IMG/VR virus record: IMGVR_UViG_3300030329_001359
Location: 47,117-111,116 of that record
DNA from: a virus
DNA length: 64,000 nt
Direction: 5' to 3' (one strand)
The notes under the pieces were generated by a model. That model was not told where the DNA came from. It searched no databases and was given only the letters and a program-made list of their open reading frames with translations. The stretch's first letter is position 1; each line of letters opens with the position of its first letter. Positions 18,206 to 28,308 of the stretch are shown here, one piece after another. The position numbers and the translations under genes are program-made.

Positions 18206-19795
18206 TTATGACCAGTAAGCATGGGCTTCTGGCATTTGCCATTCCATCCCAGCTTCTGTTTGAATTAAGTCAACCCTTCGGTCAACACCACTGTTTTCTA
18301 AGGTTTGTACACCAACATAGACAGCCGTATCACGATTCAATCCGTTACCAACAAGAGGTCTGTATTTACAGTACTTCATGTTAACAGCAAGAATCTTGAT
18401 AGGATGACCATCAAGGTGAATATTCCTAGCAACATTCATATCACCAAAAGGTGTAGAGATAACACTAATGTCAACTCCAAATGTCTTCTTTTTACCTGTA
18501 AGCGACATATCAGCTCTGAAATTGGATGAAACTTCAAGATTATTCGAGAAGTATCCACTCAACTTATGTAACCAATTGTATGTCGGGGTATCACAGAAGA
18601 ACAATGAAGCATTAGCATTATTGTACCTTGGGTCAAGGAAGTTACTAAGGTCGTCTAAGAAATCGTCTTGTGTTTTAGTTGAATGAGTCAAACTAAAAAC
18701 ATTACCATAACTTGAAACGAAATCAACAGCACCTTGTGTATACCATTCATCACCAGAATCATACTGAGAACCAAACAATAAACTTTGTTCGATATCCCAT
18801 TTATGTTCAATCAACTTTTCTTTCCAGACACGGGCCCACTCATTAGGTTCATACTTTAGGACAGTAGCACGAGTTGTGTTATCCATCGCCATAGCTGTTT
18901 TCCAAATTTGAGTACGACCATATCCAGTTGTGAAAGGTTGGTCTTTCCATGTTTCTGGATAACCACTACCTTGTGAATGAGCTGTACCAACTACATAAGA
19001 ACGCATTGGTTCTAACACTTTAGCAATCGAAGCACTATATACTTCACCAAGAGGGTCATCAGCTACGAAAGAACAAAGTTCTTTATTCGCTGCTGCGTCC
19101 AATGGTCTTACAATAGTACCAGTGATTGGTGTATAATAATACGTTTTAGCAGATTCTACAGCACCATCATTTAATCCACGACCAACAACACTTCCAGTAC
19201 TGGTGTTTGCATGAACAGTATCAATCTTAACAATGATATAATCTTGTTGATTAACACTTGTAACTTCAGATCCACCACTATGACCGCCAGTATCATTACT
19301 TGTCATATTTACTTTGACCATTTGACCAGGTAAGAAAAATCCTGGCTGCGTACCATCGTCACCAACACTAACTTCACTATTGGACTGTCCAAAAACACTT
19401 GATTGGTTACCTGATGATTTATAATCAGTAGCCATGTGTAATTTTACTTGTTGTCCAGCAGTTGTAGTAAGAGCTGCTCCGCCTGAAGTCAGTAGTTCGG
19501 AACTCGCAAAAGTATCTGCGGAACCATTATAAAAACCGACTACATACGCATATCGTCTGTAAAATGAAGGTCGTCTTTCTGTATATTTGAATTCTGGGTC
19601 ATCTGTAGGTCTTTTAGCGACTTTTGAAACAAACCTAAAGAAAGGGTCTTGCTGAATTGAAAGTTCAGACACCCTATCTCCAAAGTTATATTTCCGTCTA
19701 AGGTCACCAGTATCTAAACTGGAAGACGCAGGACTTATACCGCTAGGAGAACTATTTTCAGTTAATCCAGATTCCAACTGAAATAATTCAGCCAT
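18206..19795 (-). CDS. major capsid protein (HK97 fold, SU10/DUF5309-like)
   Basis: Follows the scaffold. TQIWKT...HKWDIEQSLLFG and TEAGME motifs, AAGGAG RBS. Confidence 0.85.
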   Translation of the reverse strand: MAELFQLESGLTENSSPSGISPASSSLDTGDLRRKYNFGDRVSELSIQQDPFFRFVSKVAKRPTDDPEFKYTERRPSFYRRYAYVVGFYNGSADTFASSELLTSGGAALTTTAGQQVKLHMATDYKSSGNQSSVFGQSNSEVSVGDDGTQPGFFLPGQMVKVNMTSNDTGGHSGGSEVTSVNQQDYIIVKIDTVHANTSTGSVVGRGLNDGAVESAKTYYYTPITGTIVRPLDAAANKELCSFVADDPLGEVYSASIAKVLEPMRSYVVGTAHSQGSGYPETWKDQPFTTGYGRTQIWKTAMAMDNTTRATVLKYEPNEWARVWKEKLIEHKWDIEQSLLFGSQYDSGDEWYTQGAVDFVSSYGNVFSLTHSTKTQDDFLDDLSNFLDPRYNNANASLFFCDTPTYNWLHKLSGYFSNNLEVSSNFRADMSLTGKKKTFGVDISVISTPFGDMNVARNIHLDGHPIKILAVNMKYCKYRPLVGNGLNRDTAVYVGVQTLENSGVDRRVDLIQTEAGMEWQMPEAHAYWS

Positions 19796-19831
19796 CTTTT
19801 TTAACTCCTTATTTTAATTAAGGCATTTAGC

Positions 19832-20689
19832 TTAGCTAAATACCGAGTCTAATTCAGAGTCAAGTCCTGCTATAGCGTCAAATACTGAATCATCCGCTGA
19901 TTGTTCTACCTGTGCACTTCCTGTTGTAGCAAGAGAACGAGGCTGTTCTTGAGCTTTACGCATCTGGTCAGCCATTTGTTTTCTTGTACTATCAGCAATA
20001 TTAGCATCCCTGTTTTCACGATTCTTTAAAAAGTAAATATCTTCTAGCTCAAGTGATTTGGATTTAGCAAAGTCAACAAAATCTTTCCACTCTTCATCAG
20101 TCATTTCATGTTGCTGTCGAAAAGCAGTTTCTTTAGCCAACCTTTGGTTTTCAGTTCTCTGTGATTGTAAAGCTGTATTAAGTCTACGCTGTACAATTCC
20201 ATCAACTGTTGCACCTAGCACTTTCGCTGAATCGGAATCAGGTGTACTGAAAGCATCATCAGCATCGAATACAAAATCTTCAGGTAATTCAAGTCTTTCT
20301 GACATAGTTTCAGGAGCTTGACCTCCACCCTCAAAATAATTCCGCACATGCTGAATTAAATTAGGGTCTTCTCTCATTGCATCGAGTATAGGCATATATG
20401 GTTCAATTTCTTTTAGCTGTCCGTTTAATCTTTTAGCTTCTCTACTTGAATCACTATACCTCTTTTGCAAAGCATCATCGCCTTGCTGCTGAACTTCACT
20501 AGGGCTCTGTGGTGTGTTATCACCTTCTACCGAGGTTGACTGTGTTAGTTCTGTTTCTTCTTGGATACCGCCATTTACAGATGAATCTAATGCACTAAAA
20601 AAATCATCAGAATCACCTGAGTCAAATACGCTATCCTGGACCGTACTTTCAGGGGCCGTTTGGGCGTTGCTTACTTGTTCTTGTTCCAT
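19832..20689 (-). CDS. capsid scaffolding protein
   Basis: Between portal and MCP. Acidic disordered N-terminus, KRYSDSSREAKRL, helical. Confidence 0.75.
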   Translation of the reverse strand: MEQEQVSNAQTAPESTVQDSVFDSGDSDDFFSALDSSVNGGIQEETELTQSTSVEGDNTPQSPSEVQQQGDDALQKRYSDSSREAKRLNGQLKEIEPYMPILDAMREDPNLIQHVRNYFEGGGQAPETMSERLELPEDFVFDADDAFSTPDSDSAKVLGATVDGIVQRRLNTALQSQRTENQRLAKETAFRQQHEMTDEEWKDFVDFAKSKSLELEDIYFLKNRENRDANIADSTRKQMADQMRKAQEQPRSLATTGSAQVEQSADDSVFDAIAGLDSELDSVFS

Positions 20690-20712
20690 TTGCTATCCTT
20701 TTTATTTATTAA

Positions 20713-20742
20713 AATATAATATATATAAAATACTATTCACAA
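20713..20742 (-). promoter_or_regulatory. sigma70-like promoter upstream of scaffold/MCP
   Basis: TTGTGA-N18-TATATT on the minus strand in the intergenic gap. Confidence 0.45.
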
Positions 20743-20749
20743 CTAATCT

Positions 20750-22990
20750 TTATTTTTCTTCATTTGAAGATACTTGTTGCTTAATAGCCATTTTTTCTTT
20801 CTCAAATTCTGTTTTTAACATACCTCTAAGAAGCTTTTGCTGAGCTTCTGTTTCTAACACATCTTTACGAACTTCGTTAGCAGCATCACCAACTTTCATT
20901 TTAATACCAGCTTGTACTAATTGACGTTCTAATGTTTCTATGGTCCCTTCTTTATCTTTTAAAGCTTCTTCCATAGATGATATTTGACCTTGCATTTGAG
21001 AATACATTGATTTTCTTTCCACAATACTCTTCTTATTTCTTATATCAGTTTCAGATATCATAGCTATATCATCAATCAATCCAGCTTGGAACCATTTAAA
21101 ATATTCTTCTAATAAGGCCCATCTATTTACTGGCATTGTGGCTCCAGCTACGAGTCTAACATCAAATCTACCTGCGTTATAATCTCTAAATAATCCAATC
21201 GCTTTACCATAGTCATTGTATATAGGTACATTAATTCTTGATTCTTTATCAGCATCAGGTCTTTGACCAGCTTCTGGTTGAACAATCCTAAATACTTTTT
21301 CAGCTGTATAATGATTTTGAGATACCATTTGAAAACATTTACCAAGATGTTCAAGAGCAGGTTCCACTATAGAACCCATCCATGCTTTTAATCTACGAGT
21401 ACCAAATTCATCATTCGCAAGTAATCCTCTATATGTCTCAGCTTGTTCTTGAGCAAATCCCATCATAGCTGAAGGAACACCAGCGATATACTCAGCATCT
21501 TGTTTACCTTGTTGAACAACAGAAAAGAATGCATTATTTATAGGAGCTGGTAATACAGGAGTTGGAGGATTAAATCCTTGCCTATATTTTAATAAGGCTC
21601 CAGGGGCCGATGAATATCGTTCCCATTCTTCTTCAGGTACAGAACCTTCTTCATACATCCATCTAAGATTAGAAGCTAAGTTAGCATTGTGAAGCATGAT
21701 TTGATGAGCTTTATTTATTTCTTGTTGCTTACCAATAAGAGGAGTCACAGCACTCATAGGATACGGTGTTCCTGTATACATATAAGGAATAGGTATAATA
21801 GGATACTCTGAAATCTCTAATGTTCTTTCATATAATAAAACATCATCTCCTACAGAACAAACTAATACAATTCTATTTTCATAAAATTTTATTGAATCTA
21901 CTATGTTATCTGCCATTCCACCACCATCAACAAGGTCTTTAAAACCTTTCTCTGACATTATACGCTGGTCTATAACAGTTGCAGCATCTTGAGCTTCAGA
22001 TGTAAGTTGCATTTCTTTTTCGCGCATAGCTTGCTGAGACATCTCTTCAGCTTTCTTCATTTCAAGCTCAGCTCTTTCAGGTATCATTTCACCTGCTTCT
22101 ACAGATTGCTGTATTTGCAAAGCTTTTTCTTTTAAACCTACATCTACTTCTTCTTTAAACTTATCCATCTCTTTTTGAACATGAGCTTTTATATTCTGCA
22201 TTTGAGCTGGAGTTGGGTCAATTCTTATAAATACATTTCTGTATGGAAACTTTACTTTTTTATATGTCTCATAATATGGGATTATATCATCATCTTCAGC
22301 ATCTAAATTGATACCTAGTGTTATATCTTCTTGTTGGATAGTAGGTGATTGGTCTAGGTCTCTTTGAGAATATGTAACAACTTCATTTGATTTTTCAACT
22401 TTCTTTATCTTGGCTGAAAATTGAGGAAACATATTAAGTAGTCTTGTACGAGATAAATTCTTACGAACACTAATAAAAGAAGCATCTCTAAATAAAAAAT
22501 CTTTACTAGCAGGGTCTACATATACATCATATGGCTCAATTCTTTTAAATAATACTTCACCCATTCCTCTGTCCATATCTGGGTCAACATCAACCATAAA
22601 ATATCCAATACCCTTCGTAAGAGCATCTAAGGCTACTTGGCTATATATAGATTTACCATTGGAAAGATGCCAACAATAATCTGTTATATCAGAATGAACT
22701 TGAGCAATATCTGTATCATCCCCTGTAACTCCAACAGCTTTCCATCTTGGATTGTTAGATGTCACAAAATATTTCATTATCTCAACAATAGGTGTAACCC
22801 TATTAATGATAAATGTAGGCATCCCTGATTCTTGAAGGACCCGTTCTTCTTCTTTTGTTAATTGCTCATTTAAATAAAAATCATATGACTTTTGAGATAT
22901 TGATTGCCATTTTGTTCTATGAGATGTATTTGCTCTATCCCATAATTGTTTATTTATCTGGGCTTTTGTTTTCTTGGTTTTTCTTGCCAT
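20750..22990 (-). CDS. portal protein (P22/N4-like)
   Basis: 746 aa after terL. FYLNEQL, PTFIINRV, VYVDP, YPIIP, QQEINKAH motifs and C-terminal coiled-coil barrel. Confidence 0.9.
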   Translation of the reverse strand: MARKTKKTKAQINKQLWDRANTSHRTKWQSISQKSYDFYLNEQLTKEEERVLQESGMPTFIINRVTPIVEIMKYFVTSNNPRWKAVGVTGDDTDIAQVHSDITDYCWHLSNGKSIYSQVALDALTKGIGYFMVDVDPDMDRGMGEVLFKRIEPYDVYVDPASKDFLFRDASFISVRKNLSRTRLLNMFPQFSAKIKKVEKSNEVVTYSQRDLDQSPTIQQEDITLGINLDAEDDDIIPYYETYKKVKFPYRNVFIRIDPTPAQMQNIKAHVQKEMDKFKEEVDVGLKEKALQIQQSVEAGEMIPERAELEMKKAEEMSQQAMREKEMQLTSEAQDAATVIDQRIMSEKGFKDLVDGGGMADNIVDSIKFYENRIVLVCSVGDDVLLYERTLEISEYPIIPIPYMYTGTPYPMSAVTPLIGKQQEINKAHQIMLHNANLASNLRWMYEEGSVPEEEWERYSSAPGALLKYRQGFNPPTPVLPAPINNAFFSVVQQGKQDAEYIAGVPSAMMGFAQEQAETYRGLLANDEFGTRRLKAWMGSIVEPALEHLGKCFQMVSQNHYTAEKVFRIVQPEAGQRPDADKESRINVPIYNDYGKAIGLFRDYNAGRFDVRLVAGATMPVNRWALLEEYFKWFQAGLIDDIAMISETDIRNKKSIVERKSMYSQMQGQISSMEEALKDKEGTIETLERQLVQAGIKMKVGDAANEVRKDVLETEAQQKLLRGMLKTEFEKEKMAIKQQVSSNEEK

Positions 22991-23009
22991 TATTTTTTAT
23001 AAAAAAAGA

Positions 23010-23399
23010 CTACTTGTGCCATCTTGATTTTTCTTCTGCTTTGCGCATTTTTGCTTTCCAATTTGCATCCGATCTTTCATCAAACAAATAATCTTCTAAA
23101 GTCCTTTCTCTTCCTTTCGTGTCCCATAAACCTTGTTTTCTTTCATAAAGTTCTTGAGCCTGTTCTAAAACTGCCTTTTTATCATTTACATGCTTTATAG
23201 CTTTTATAAATCCTGCACCATATTTTTGTATTTTTTCGTCTCTTTCACGATATAGTCTATCTATGTCTGCATATGACTGTTCTCTTTCTGCATCCATATT
23301 GATTCTATTTCTTACATGATTAACACATTTTTTCTTTTTATCACCTTTAAGATTTCCACATGCGCTATTAATTTGTTCAGATAATTTATTTTTTGCCAT
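23010..23399 (-). CDS. basic hypothetical protein with one Cys pair
   Basis: 129 aa, CGNLKGDKKKKC. Confidence 0.65.
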   Translation of the reverse strand: MAKNKLSEQINSACGNLKGDKKKKCVNHVRNRINMDAEREQSYADIDRLYRERDEKIQKYGAGFIKAIKHVNDKKAVLEQAQELYERKQGLWDTKGRERTLEDYLFDERSDANWKAKMRKAEEKSRWHK

Positions 23400-23410
23400 T
23401 TTTTTCTACC

Positions 23411-23905
23411 TTAGCGTTTTGAAATTGTGTCTCTTACTTTGGAACCTGACTTTTTACTTTTTCGACGCACACCAGTTATACAAAAACCTTTACTGTAAAT
23501 ACCACCTTTTTCTGTACAAGCTTTTCTTGCTTTTAAACTTTTTCCAATTTTTTTAGCACCTTTAACAGCTCCTTTTGCAATTTCAGCTCCAGTTAAAACA
23601 GCAGCAACTCCTGGCAATGACCTTCCTAGAGCTTTTACACCTTTTTTCATAATTTTTTTGCCAACACTTTTTGATGCGCGAGGTTTATATTTTTTAAATG
23701 CTTTTGAAAGCTTATCCACATCTGATTTCGGAATTTTACCTGTTGGAATTTTACGTTTTTTTGCAATAGCTGTTTGCGTTTTTGGCTTAGGTTTTTTTAA
23801 TCTTTTCCCTGTGGCGCCTGCAATCATTTTATCATAGTCCTTTTTAATAGCAAGGAGTTCTTTCTTTGATTTTCTTCGTTTTATTTCACGTTCTTTATTA
23901 GTCAT
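23411..23905 (-). CDS. highly Lys-rich protein with one Cys pair
   Basis: 164 aa, AAGGAG RBS, CTEKGGIYSKGFC. Confidence 0.7.
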   Translation of the reverse strand: MTNKEREIKRRKSKKELLAIKKDYDKMIAGATGKRLKKPKPKTQTAIAKKRKIPTGKIPKSDVDKLSKAFKKYKPRASKSVGKKIMKKGVKALGRSLPGVAAVLTGAEIAKGAVKGAKKIGKSLKARKACTEKGGIYSKGFCITGVRRKSKKSGSKVRDTISKR

Positions 23906-23919
23906 TTTTTATCTCCTTA

Positions 23920-24300
23920 TTAATCTCTTAGTTCTACATGAACTAGGTCATCAAATTTGTTATCTTTTATTTCACCATCAGAATCCCAGTCACCACCCCA
24001 ACGAATCTTCAATCCTAATTTATGTCCAATCCCTCTGAGCATACCACCCATATAGTGAAACCTTTCTCTATCATTCCAATCTATCGGGTAAGGAGCGAGG
24101 TCAACAGCTTTTCCTTCCATGTGTTTGGAATACTTTACTTTCGTTTTCCCTTGTGCTAATAATTCCTGCTGCCGCTCCTTACTCCGTAATCCTTCAATAA
24201 TGGTTACATCCATTATTTTTATTAATTCATTTAGGACATTAACAAGTCTAGCATCAACACCTTTTAATCGCTGCTTAGAACGTTTACCAAATCTAAACAT
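23920..24300 (-). CDS. endolysin, peptidase M15 (L-Ala-D-Glu peptidase type)
   Basis: IEGLRS..RQ, SKH..GKAVD, WGGDW and DLVHVEL Zn-binding motifs. Confidence 0.9.
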   Translation of the reverse strand: MFRFGKRSKQRLKGVDARLVNVLNELIKIMDVTIIEGLRSKERQQELLAQGKTKVKYSKHMEGKAVDLAPYPIDWNDRERFHYMGGMLRGIGHKLGLKIRWGGDWDSDGEIKDNKFDDLVHVELRD

Positions 24301-24761
24301 TATTTTTTCCTATTTGTCACTATGTTTTTTCCGTCTTTACCTCTTTTAGCTGGCTTGTCATCTGCTCTCGAGCAACTATAAGAACGTCCTTGCCAAGTAA
24401 AAGGCCCTTTACCTCCACCTGAACAAGCTTTTTTGAAAGCAGCTCTAAAACTACCAGCTGATTTTGATTCTTGTTTGTATTTTGGATATACACCAGCTTT
24501 TGTCAACTGAGAACCTTTATCGGCTAGGTCTTTTTTCGTTACTTTGGATTTAATACCCATTGCTTTTTTCTTAGCGGCTACTGTCCCTGGTGAACCTGAT
24601 TTACCACCTTCTTTCATACCTGCAACTGTTTTTATTTTGCCACGAACTTTTTTCGTCATCTTTCTGCGGCGGGCTCTTTCTCTTCCAGCCTTAGTAAGTT
24701 TTTCACCAAGAACCCATTTATCTTCAGATGCTCGTTTTTTTCTTCTTTTTAATAAACTCAT
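24300..24761 (-). CDS. highly Lys-rich protein with one Cys pair
   Basis: 153 aa, SFRAAFKKAC...FTWQGRSYSC. Confidence 0.7.
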   Translation of the reverse strand: MSLLKRRKKRASEDKWVLGEKLTKAGRERARRRKMTKKVRGKIKTVAGMKEGGKSGSPGTVAAKKKAMGIKSKVTKKDLADKGSQLTKAGVYPKYKQESKSAGSFRAAFKKACSGGGKGPFTWQGRSYSCSRADDKPAKRGKDGKNIVTNRKK

Positions 24762-24785
24762 TTTATTGACTTTTTTTTGTTTACG

Positions 24786-26354
24786 CTATGCTACTATCCA
24801 GCTTTTTGCACGTTTTTTAGGCTTAAACCACGACTTTTTATCATCATTTCTACTTAAATCTGATGGAAAAGCATGTAAATTTGCATAAAAAAGAGCTTCT
24901 ATAGTATCATCATGTGCCATTCTAGGTCCAAAAGTAACAATTTCGTTATTTAAATCAAACATATTTTCTCTAATATGTATAGTTCCCATGCTAAATCGAC
25001 CTGAAAGACCACTATATATACGATTTATCTTCTGTCTACCTCCTGGCTTCTCTGGAATAACAGCAACATCAAACTTATTCAACCTTCTTCTTTCATCATT
25101 TAATGCTTGAAATACGCTTCTATTCATTGCTACGTCTTCAACAGTAGAAGATATGCAATGGTACTTTTGATGTAAATCCAGTATATAGTCAACAACACCT
25201 TTTCTATCTATTATCTCATTTTTATCATTCTTAGCTCCTATAGTAGGAATACTTCTATGTCTTTCGTACTCAAGTACATAAAGATTATTGTCGCTATCAA
25301 TGGCAATACACATGATAACAGAGAAATCAGATTCTTTAGTATCAATATCTGTAGCAGGGTCACACCCTACAAAACAATTAACAGGAAATCTTTCACCTTC
25401 GACAACAAGAAAACTTTGATTTTCATCAGCATTGTAATCATAGTAACCTTTCCAATACTTTATATGGTCTCTTGTCCATAAAGCATCTTCAGCACTTTGG
25501 ACCTCCATCATATACTCTTGATAGAATTTTGAAGCTTGACCTGAATCTTGATAGAATTTCTTTTTCTCTTCTAACTTAGATGATGGAAACCAAGATGACC
25601 ACAATGGGTCTCCTGATTTAGTATAAGCTTTATATGTTATAAGTTTCCATGCGAAATCTTCATTATTTGATTGAGCTCTTGAATGGTTTATAAGAAGATT
25701 ATTGATAAATGAATCATAGTGAACTGGTGTACCATTTACTCTTAGTCTCCCAGTATGAGGTTCAATAGCAGGATAGACAACAGCAGTTACAAGATTAGCA
25801 TTCTTATCACGGGCCTCTCTTGTAATAGTATTTGCTTCATGTTCAAAGTCATCAAGTATAATAAGGTCATATCTTTTATGAAGTTTTGCACCTCCGCGAA
25901 TACCAGCAACATTAGACTTTGATATAAGTTTACAACCATTAGACAACTCAATATCTTCTTCAGTCCATTTACTGCCTTTCATTTTACCAAAATAATATAT
26001 GAATCTATCATTGAACTCAAGATGATGTTTAATATAGTCCATGTTACCAACAGATAGTTTCTGAGTTGCAGATACCCAAGCGTAGAATAACATATCATCT
26101 TTAGGGCAGAATACAAAGTCTTTAAGTATTGATGCTTTTGTTAATACTGTCTTTCCATGACCACGAGGTAAAATAATAGCAAGCTGCTTGACAGATTTAT
26201 TATCTATCGCATCTGATACTTCGTAGTGGAAGGGGGGAGTTTCGCTGCGCATGAAGTCATCAGGAAGAAACAGCTTGCCAAATGATATTAAATCTTTACT
26301 TGCTAATTCAAATACTTCTTCAGCTTGAGATACATTTTGTGAATTAATATTCAC
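24786..26354 (-). CDS. terL: terminase large subunit
   Basis: Walker A PRGHGKT, Walker B LIILDDFE, GTP coupling motif, nuclease GCDPA...SDFS...HDD. Confidence 0.95.
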   Translation of the reverse strand: MNINSQNVSQAEEVFELASKDLISFGKLFLPDDFMRSETPPFHYEVSDAIDNKSVKQLAIILPRGHGKTVLTKASILKDFVFCPKDDMLFYAWVSATQKLSVGNMDYIKHHLEFNDRFIYYFGKMKGSKWTEEDIELSNGCKLISKSNVAGIRGGAKLHKRYDLIILDDFEHEANTITREARDKNANLVTAVVYPAIEPHTGRLRVNGTPVHYDSFINNLLINHSRAQSNNEDFAWKLITYKAYTKSGDPLWSSWFPSSKLEEKKKFYQDSGQASKFYQEYMMEVQSAEDALWTRDHIKYWKGYYDYNADENQSFLVVEGERFPVNCFVGCDPATDIDTKESDFSVIMCIAIDSDNNLYVLEYERHRSIPTIGAKNDKNEIIDRKGVVDYILDLHQKYHCISSTVEDVAMNRSVFQALNDERRRLNKFDVAVIPEKPGGRQKINRIYSGLSGRFSMGTIHIRENMFDLNNEIVTFGPRMAHDDTIEALFYANLHAFPSDLSRNDDKKSWFKPKKRAKSWIVA

Positions 26355-26734
26355 TTAAATTGTTTTTTCTTACCACCATCATATTCATATGCATGGCCAT
26401 TTTCTTTTAACAACTCATTCAAACTTTTTTCTTCGTCTTTAAGGAATATTTCTCCCAGTACTCTACCATATTTACCAGTACCATGGGACTTTATAGTAAA
26501 GTTCCCTTCATCTGTATTCTTTAATTTATCTTTTGTATATGCTTTTGCTTCTAGGCCCTTCTTCTTTTCATCAATATCTTTAGTTCGAGATTCCCAAGTG
26601 TCTACACCCATGAATCGTATACGTTTTTTTACCCAAGTATCAAACCCTAGGTCAATCATAGCATCACAAGTATCTCCATCAACAACCCGTACAAGAGTAG
26701 CATTGTATATGAATTTGTCTAATTTCTTACCCAT
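26351..26734 (-). CDS. thermonuclease (staphylococcal nuclease family)
   Basis: RVVDGDT, RIRFMGVDTWE and GKYGRVLG motifs. Confidence 0.9.
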   Translation of the reverse strand: MGKKLDKFIYNATLVRVVDGDTCDAMIDLGFDTWVKKRIRFMGVDTWESRTKDIDEKKKGLEAKAYTKDKLKNTDEGNFTIKSHGTGKYGRVLGEIFLKDEEKSLNELLKENGHAYEYDGGKKKQFK

Positions 26735-27512
26735 CTATTTTCTCTGGTAATACAGCTTGTTTAGCCCCTTCTAATTGTTCTGGTGAGAACCCTTGAAAGA
26801 CACCAAAGACGCCTACATCCTTGTGTTTAACAGTATTGACAGATGTTCCAATTATTTTACCTAATTCTTTTGTTGATTGTAATATGATATTATCATCTTC
26901 ACTATTATCAGCTAAGCATTTTAGTCTATTAAGTACATATTTATGGTCAACGCCTAATTCTTTAGCAACGTCTAGTACTGTTTTTTCTATTTCTTGCATT
27001 ACTCTCTCCTGTTTTAAAAGTACTAAAGCTTTCTTTTTAGCTTTGTTCTCATCTGAGACACCTTTAAAAGCATCCATGTAAGCTTTAACTGGACCCATGC
27101 CAGTAACGACATTAGTAGCAAATATCTTCTCATTGTTCGTAACCTTTTTCCTTTTTTTAACTCGCATATTCGTATACTTAATCTTTTTAGAAAAAGTATA
27201 TCTATTAGGATGTTGGTCAAAGTCTGTATCCATGAATGTATTTTTGTTATTAACAAACGTACCTACAATCGTTCTGACATAATTCTTGGCCCACTTATAA
27301 TTTTTTCTATCATTAGGGTGATTCAAATCAGATACTTTTAATAATTGAAGAATCCTATCATCATCACTATATACCCATTGATTCTCTTCACCATCTCTCC
27401 AATCTTTACATACAGGCAAAGCTTCTTCTTTGAAATGCTCTTGATATTCTTCTATATTGTCGAAGATATAGTGTCTTTTACCTTTAATTTTTCGGTATTC
27501 CATCCAATTCAC
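26727..27512 (-). CDS. terS: terminase small subunit with extra N-terminal domain
   Basis: C-half EKIFA...KAY..AF...A..LLK...V...I...LAD...ELGKIIG pattern. Located upstream of terL. Confidence 0.7.
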   Translation of the reverse strand: MNWMEYRKIKGKRHYIFDNIEEYQEHFKEEALPVCKDWRDGEENQWVYSDDDRILQLLKVSDLNHPNDRKNYKWAKNYVRTIVGTFVNNKNTFMDTDFDQHPNRYTFSKKIKYTNMRVKKRKKVTNNEKIFATNVVTGMGPVKAYMDAFKGVSDENKAKKKALVLLKQERVMQEIEKTVLDVAKELGVDHKYVLNRLKCLADNSEDDNIILQSTKELGKIIGTSVNTVKHKDVGVFGVFQGFSPEQLEGAKQAVLPEKIDG

Positions 27513-27702
27513 TTATTTGATTCTTGTATCTAATGCAGTCTTCTGTCAATTTTTCTACTAATGTAGCAACAGGTTCTTCTACAAAATATACTACATCATC
27601 AATCTCAAGAGGGCAATCTTTATTAACTCTCTTGGATAGCATCCTCAAAATATCTTCTTGCAACTCTATTGGAAGGTGGTCTATGAAATCTATGTTAACA
27701 GC
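27484..27702 (-). CDS. hypothetical protein
   Basis: MAVNIDF... in operon, overlapping terS start. Confidence 0.6.
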   Translation of the reverse strand, partial: AVNIDFIDHLPIELQEDILRMLSKRVNKDCPLEIDDVVYFVEEPVATLVEKLTEDCIRYKNQISELDGIPKN

Positions 27703-27710
27703 CATATATC

Positions 27711-28031
27711 TCACCAATCCTTTCTTTCTGTATAATTATGTTTTGTCTTGTACACTCTCTTCTTCCTTGGTTTGCTATAATAAGCCTTTTTCTTTATTGG
27801 TTTGAATTTATTACCAATAACCTCCCCATCAAATACCTCAATCAATTTTAATAATAATTTAGATTCTTCAATATGGTCAATATCTAATTCATGCTTTACA
27901 CACCCTTTTTTGAATACATCAGTAGGAATATTCTTAGGGTGAAACTCATTGTTTCTCTTAACAAACCAATAGCATTGGTTCTTATGTTCTAAAAAGCAGC
28001 TGTTACAAGTTCTATTATTTTTATTTACCAT
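27711..28031 (-). CDS. Cys-rich (Zn-binding) hypothetical protein, first gene of late operon
   Basis: CNSC...C...GC motif. Basic C-terminus. Confidence 0.65.
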   Translation of the reverse strand: MVNKNNRTCNSCFLEHKNQCYWFVKRNNEFHPKNIPTDVFKKGCVKHELDIDHIEESKLLLKLIEVFDGEVIGNKFKPIKKKAYYSKPRKKRVYKTKHNYTERKDW

Positions 28032-28038
28032 TTGTTTA

Positions 28039-28085
28039 TGTATATATATATTATATATATATTATATATATTATATATACTATAT
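28039..28085. repeat. alternating TA tract
   Basis: About 45 nt of (TA)n interrupted by TT steps. Confidence 0.9.
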
Positions 28086-28090
28086 CCCCC

Positions 28091-28133
28091 TATTCTTTTC
28101 TTTTCTTTACTCCACTTTCTTTTCTTTTCTTAT
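28091..28133. repeat. perfect 18-nt homopyrimidine mirror repeat with 7-nt spacer
   Basis: TATTCTTTTCTTTTCTTT-ACTCCAC-TTTCTTTTCTTTTCTTAT. Confidence 0.85.
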
Positions 28134-28146
28134 GAAAAGTAGCACG

Positions 28147-28176
28147 AATATACAAAAATGCCCATGTGTTAGTCAA
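28147..28176 (-). promoter_or_regulatory. sigma70-like promoter for late operon
   Basis: TTGACT-N18-TATATT on the minus strand at the divergence point. Confidence 0.55.
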
Positions 28177-28220
28177 CAGTAGCATCATTTTGATATGGGG
28201 TGTTTTATACAGGTACACCG

Positions 28221-28254
28221 GTCTCATAGAGACTTTCCGTAAATAGGATTTACG
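28221..28254. promoter_or_regulatory. two short perfect inverted repeats with 3-nt loops (operator or hairpin promoter)
   Basis: GTCTC-ATA-GAGAC (28221-28233) and CGTAAAT-AGG-ATTTACG (28238-28254) upstream of the first plus-strand gene. Confidence 0.5.
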
Positions 28255-28308
28255 TTATTTTTGATTTAGGAATTAAGAAGTTTACACTGAATAATAAAGG
28301 AGACATAT

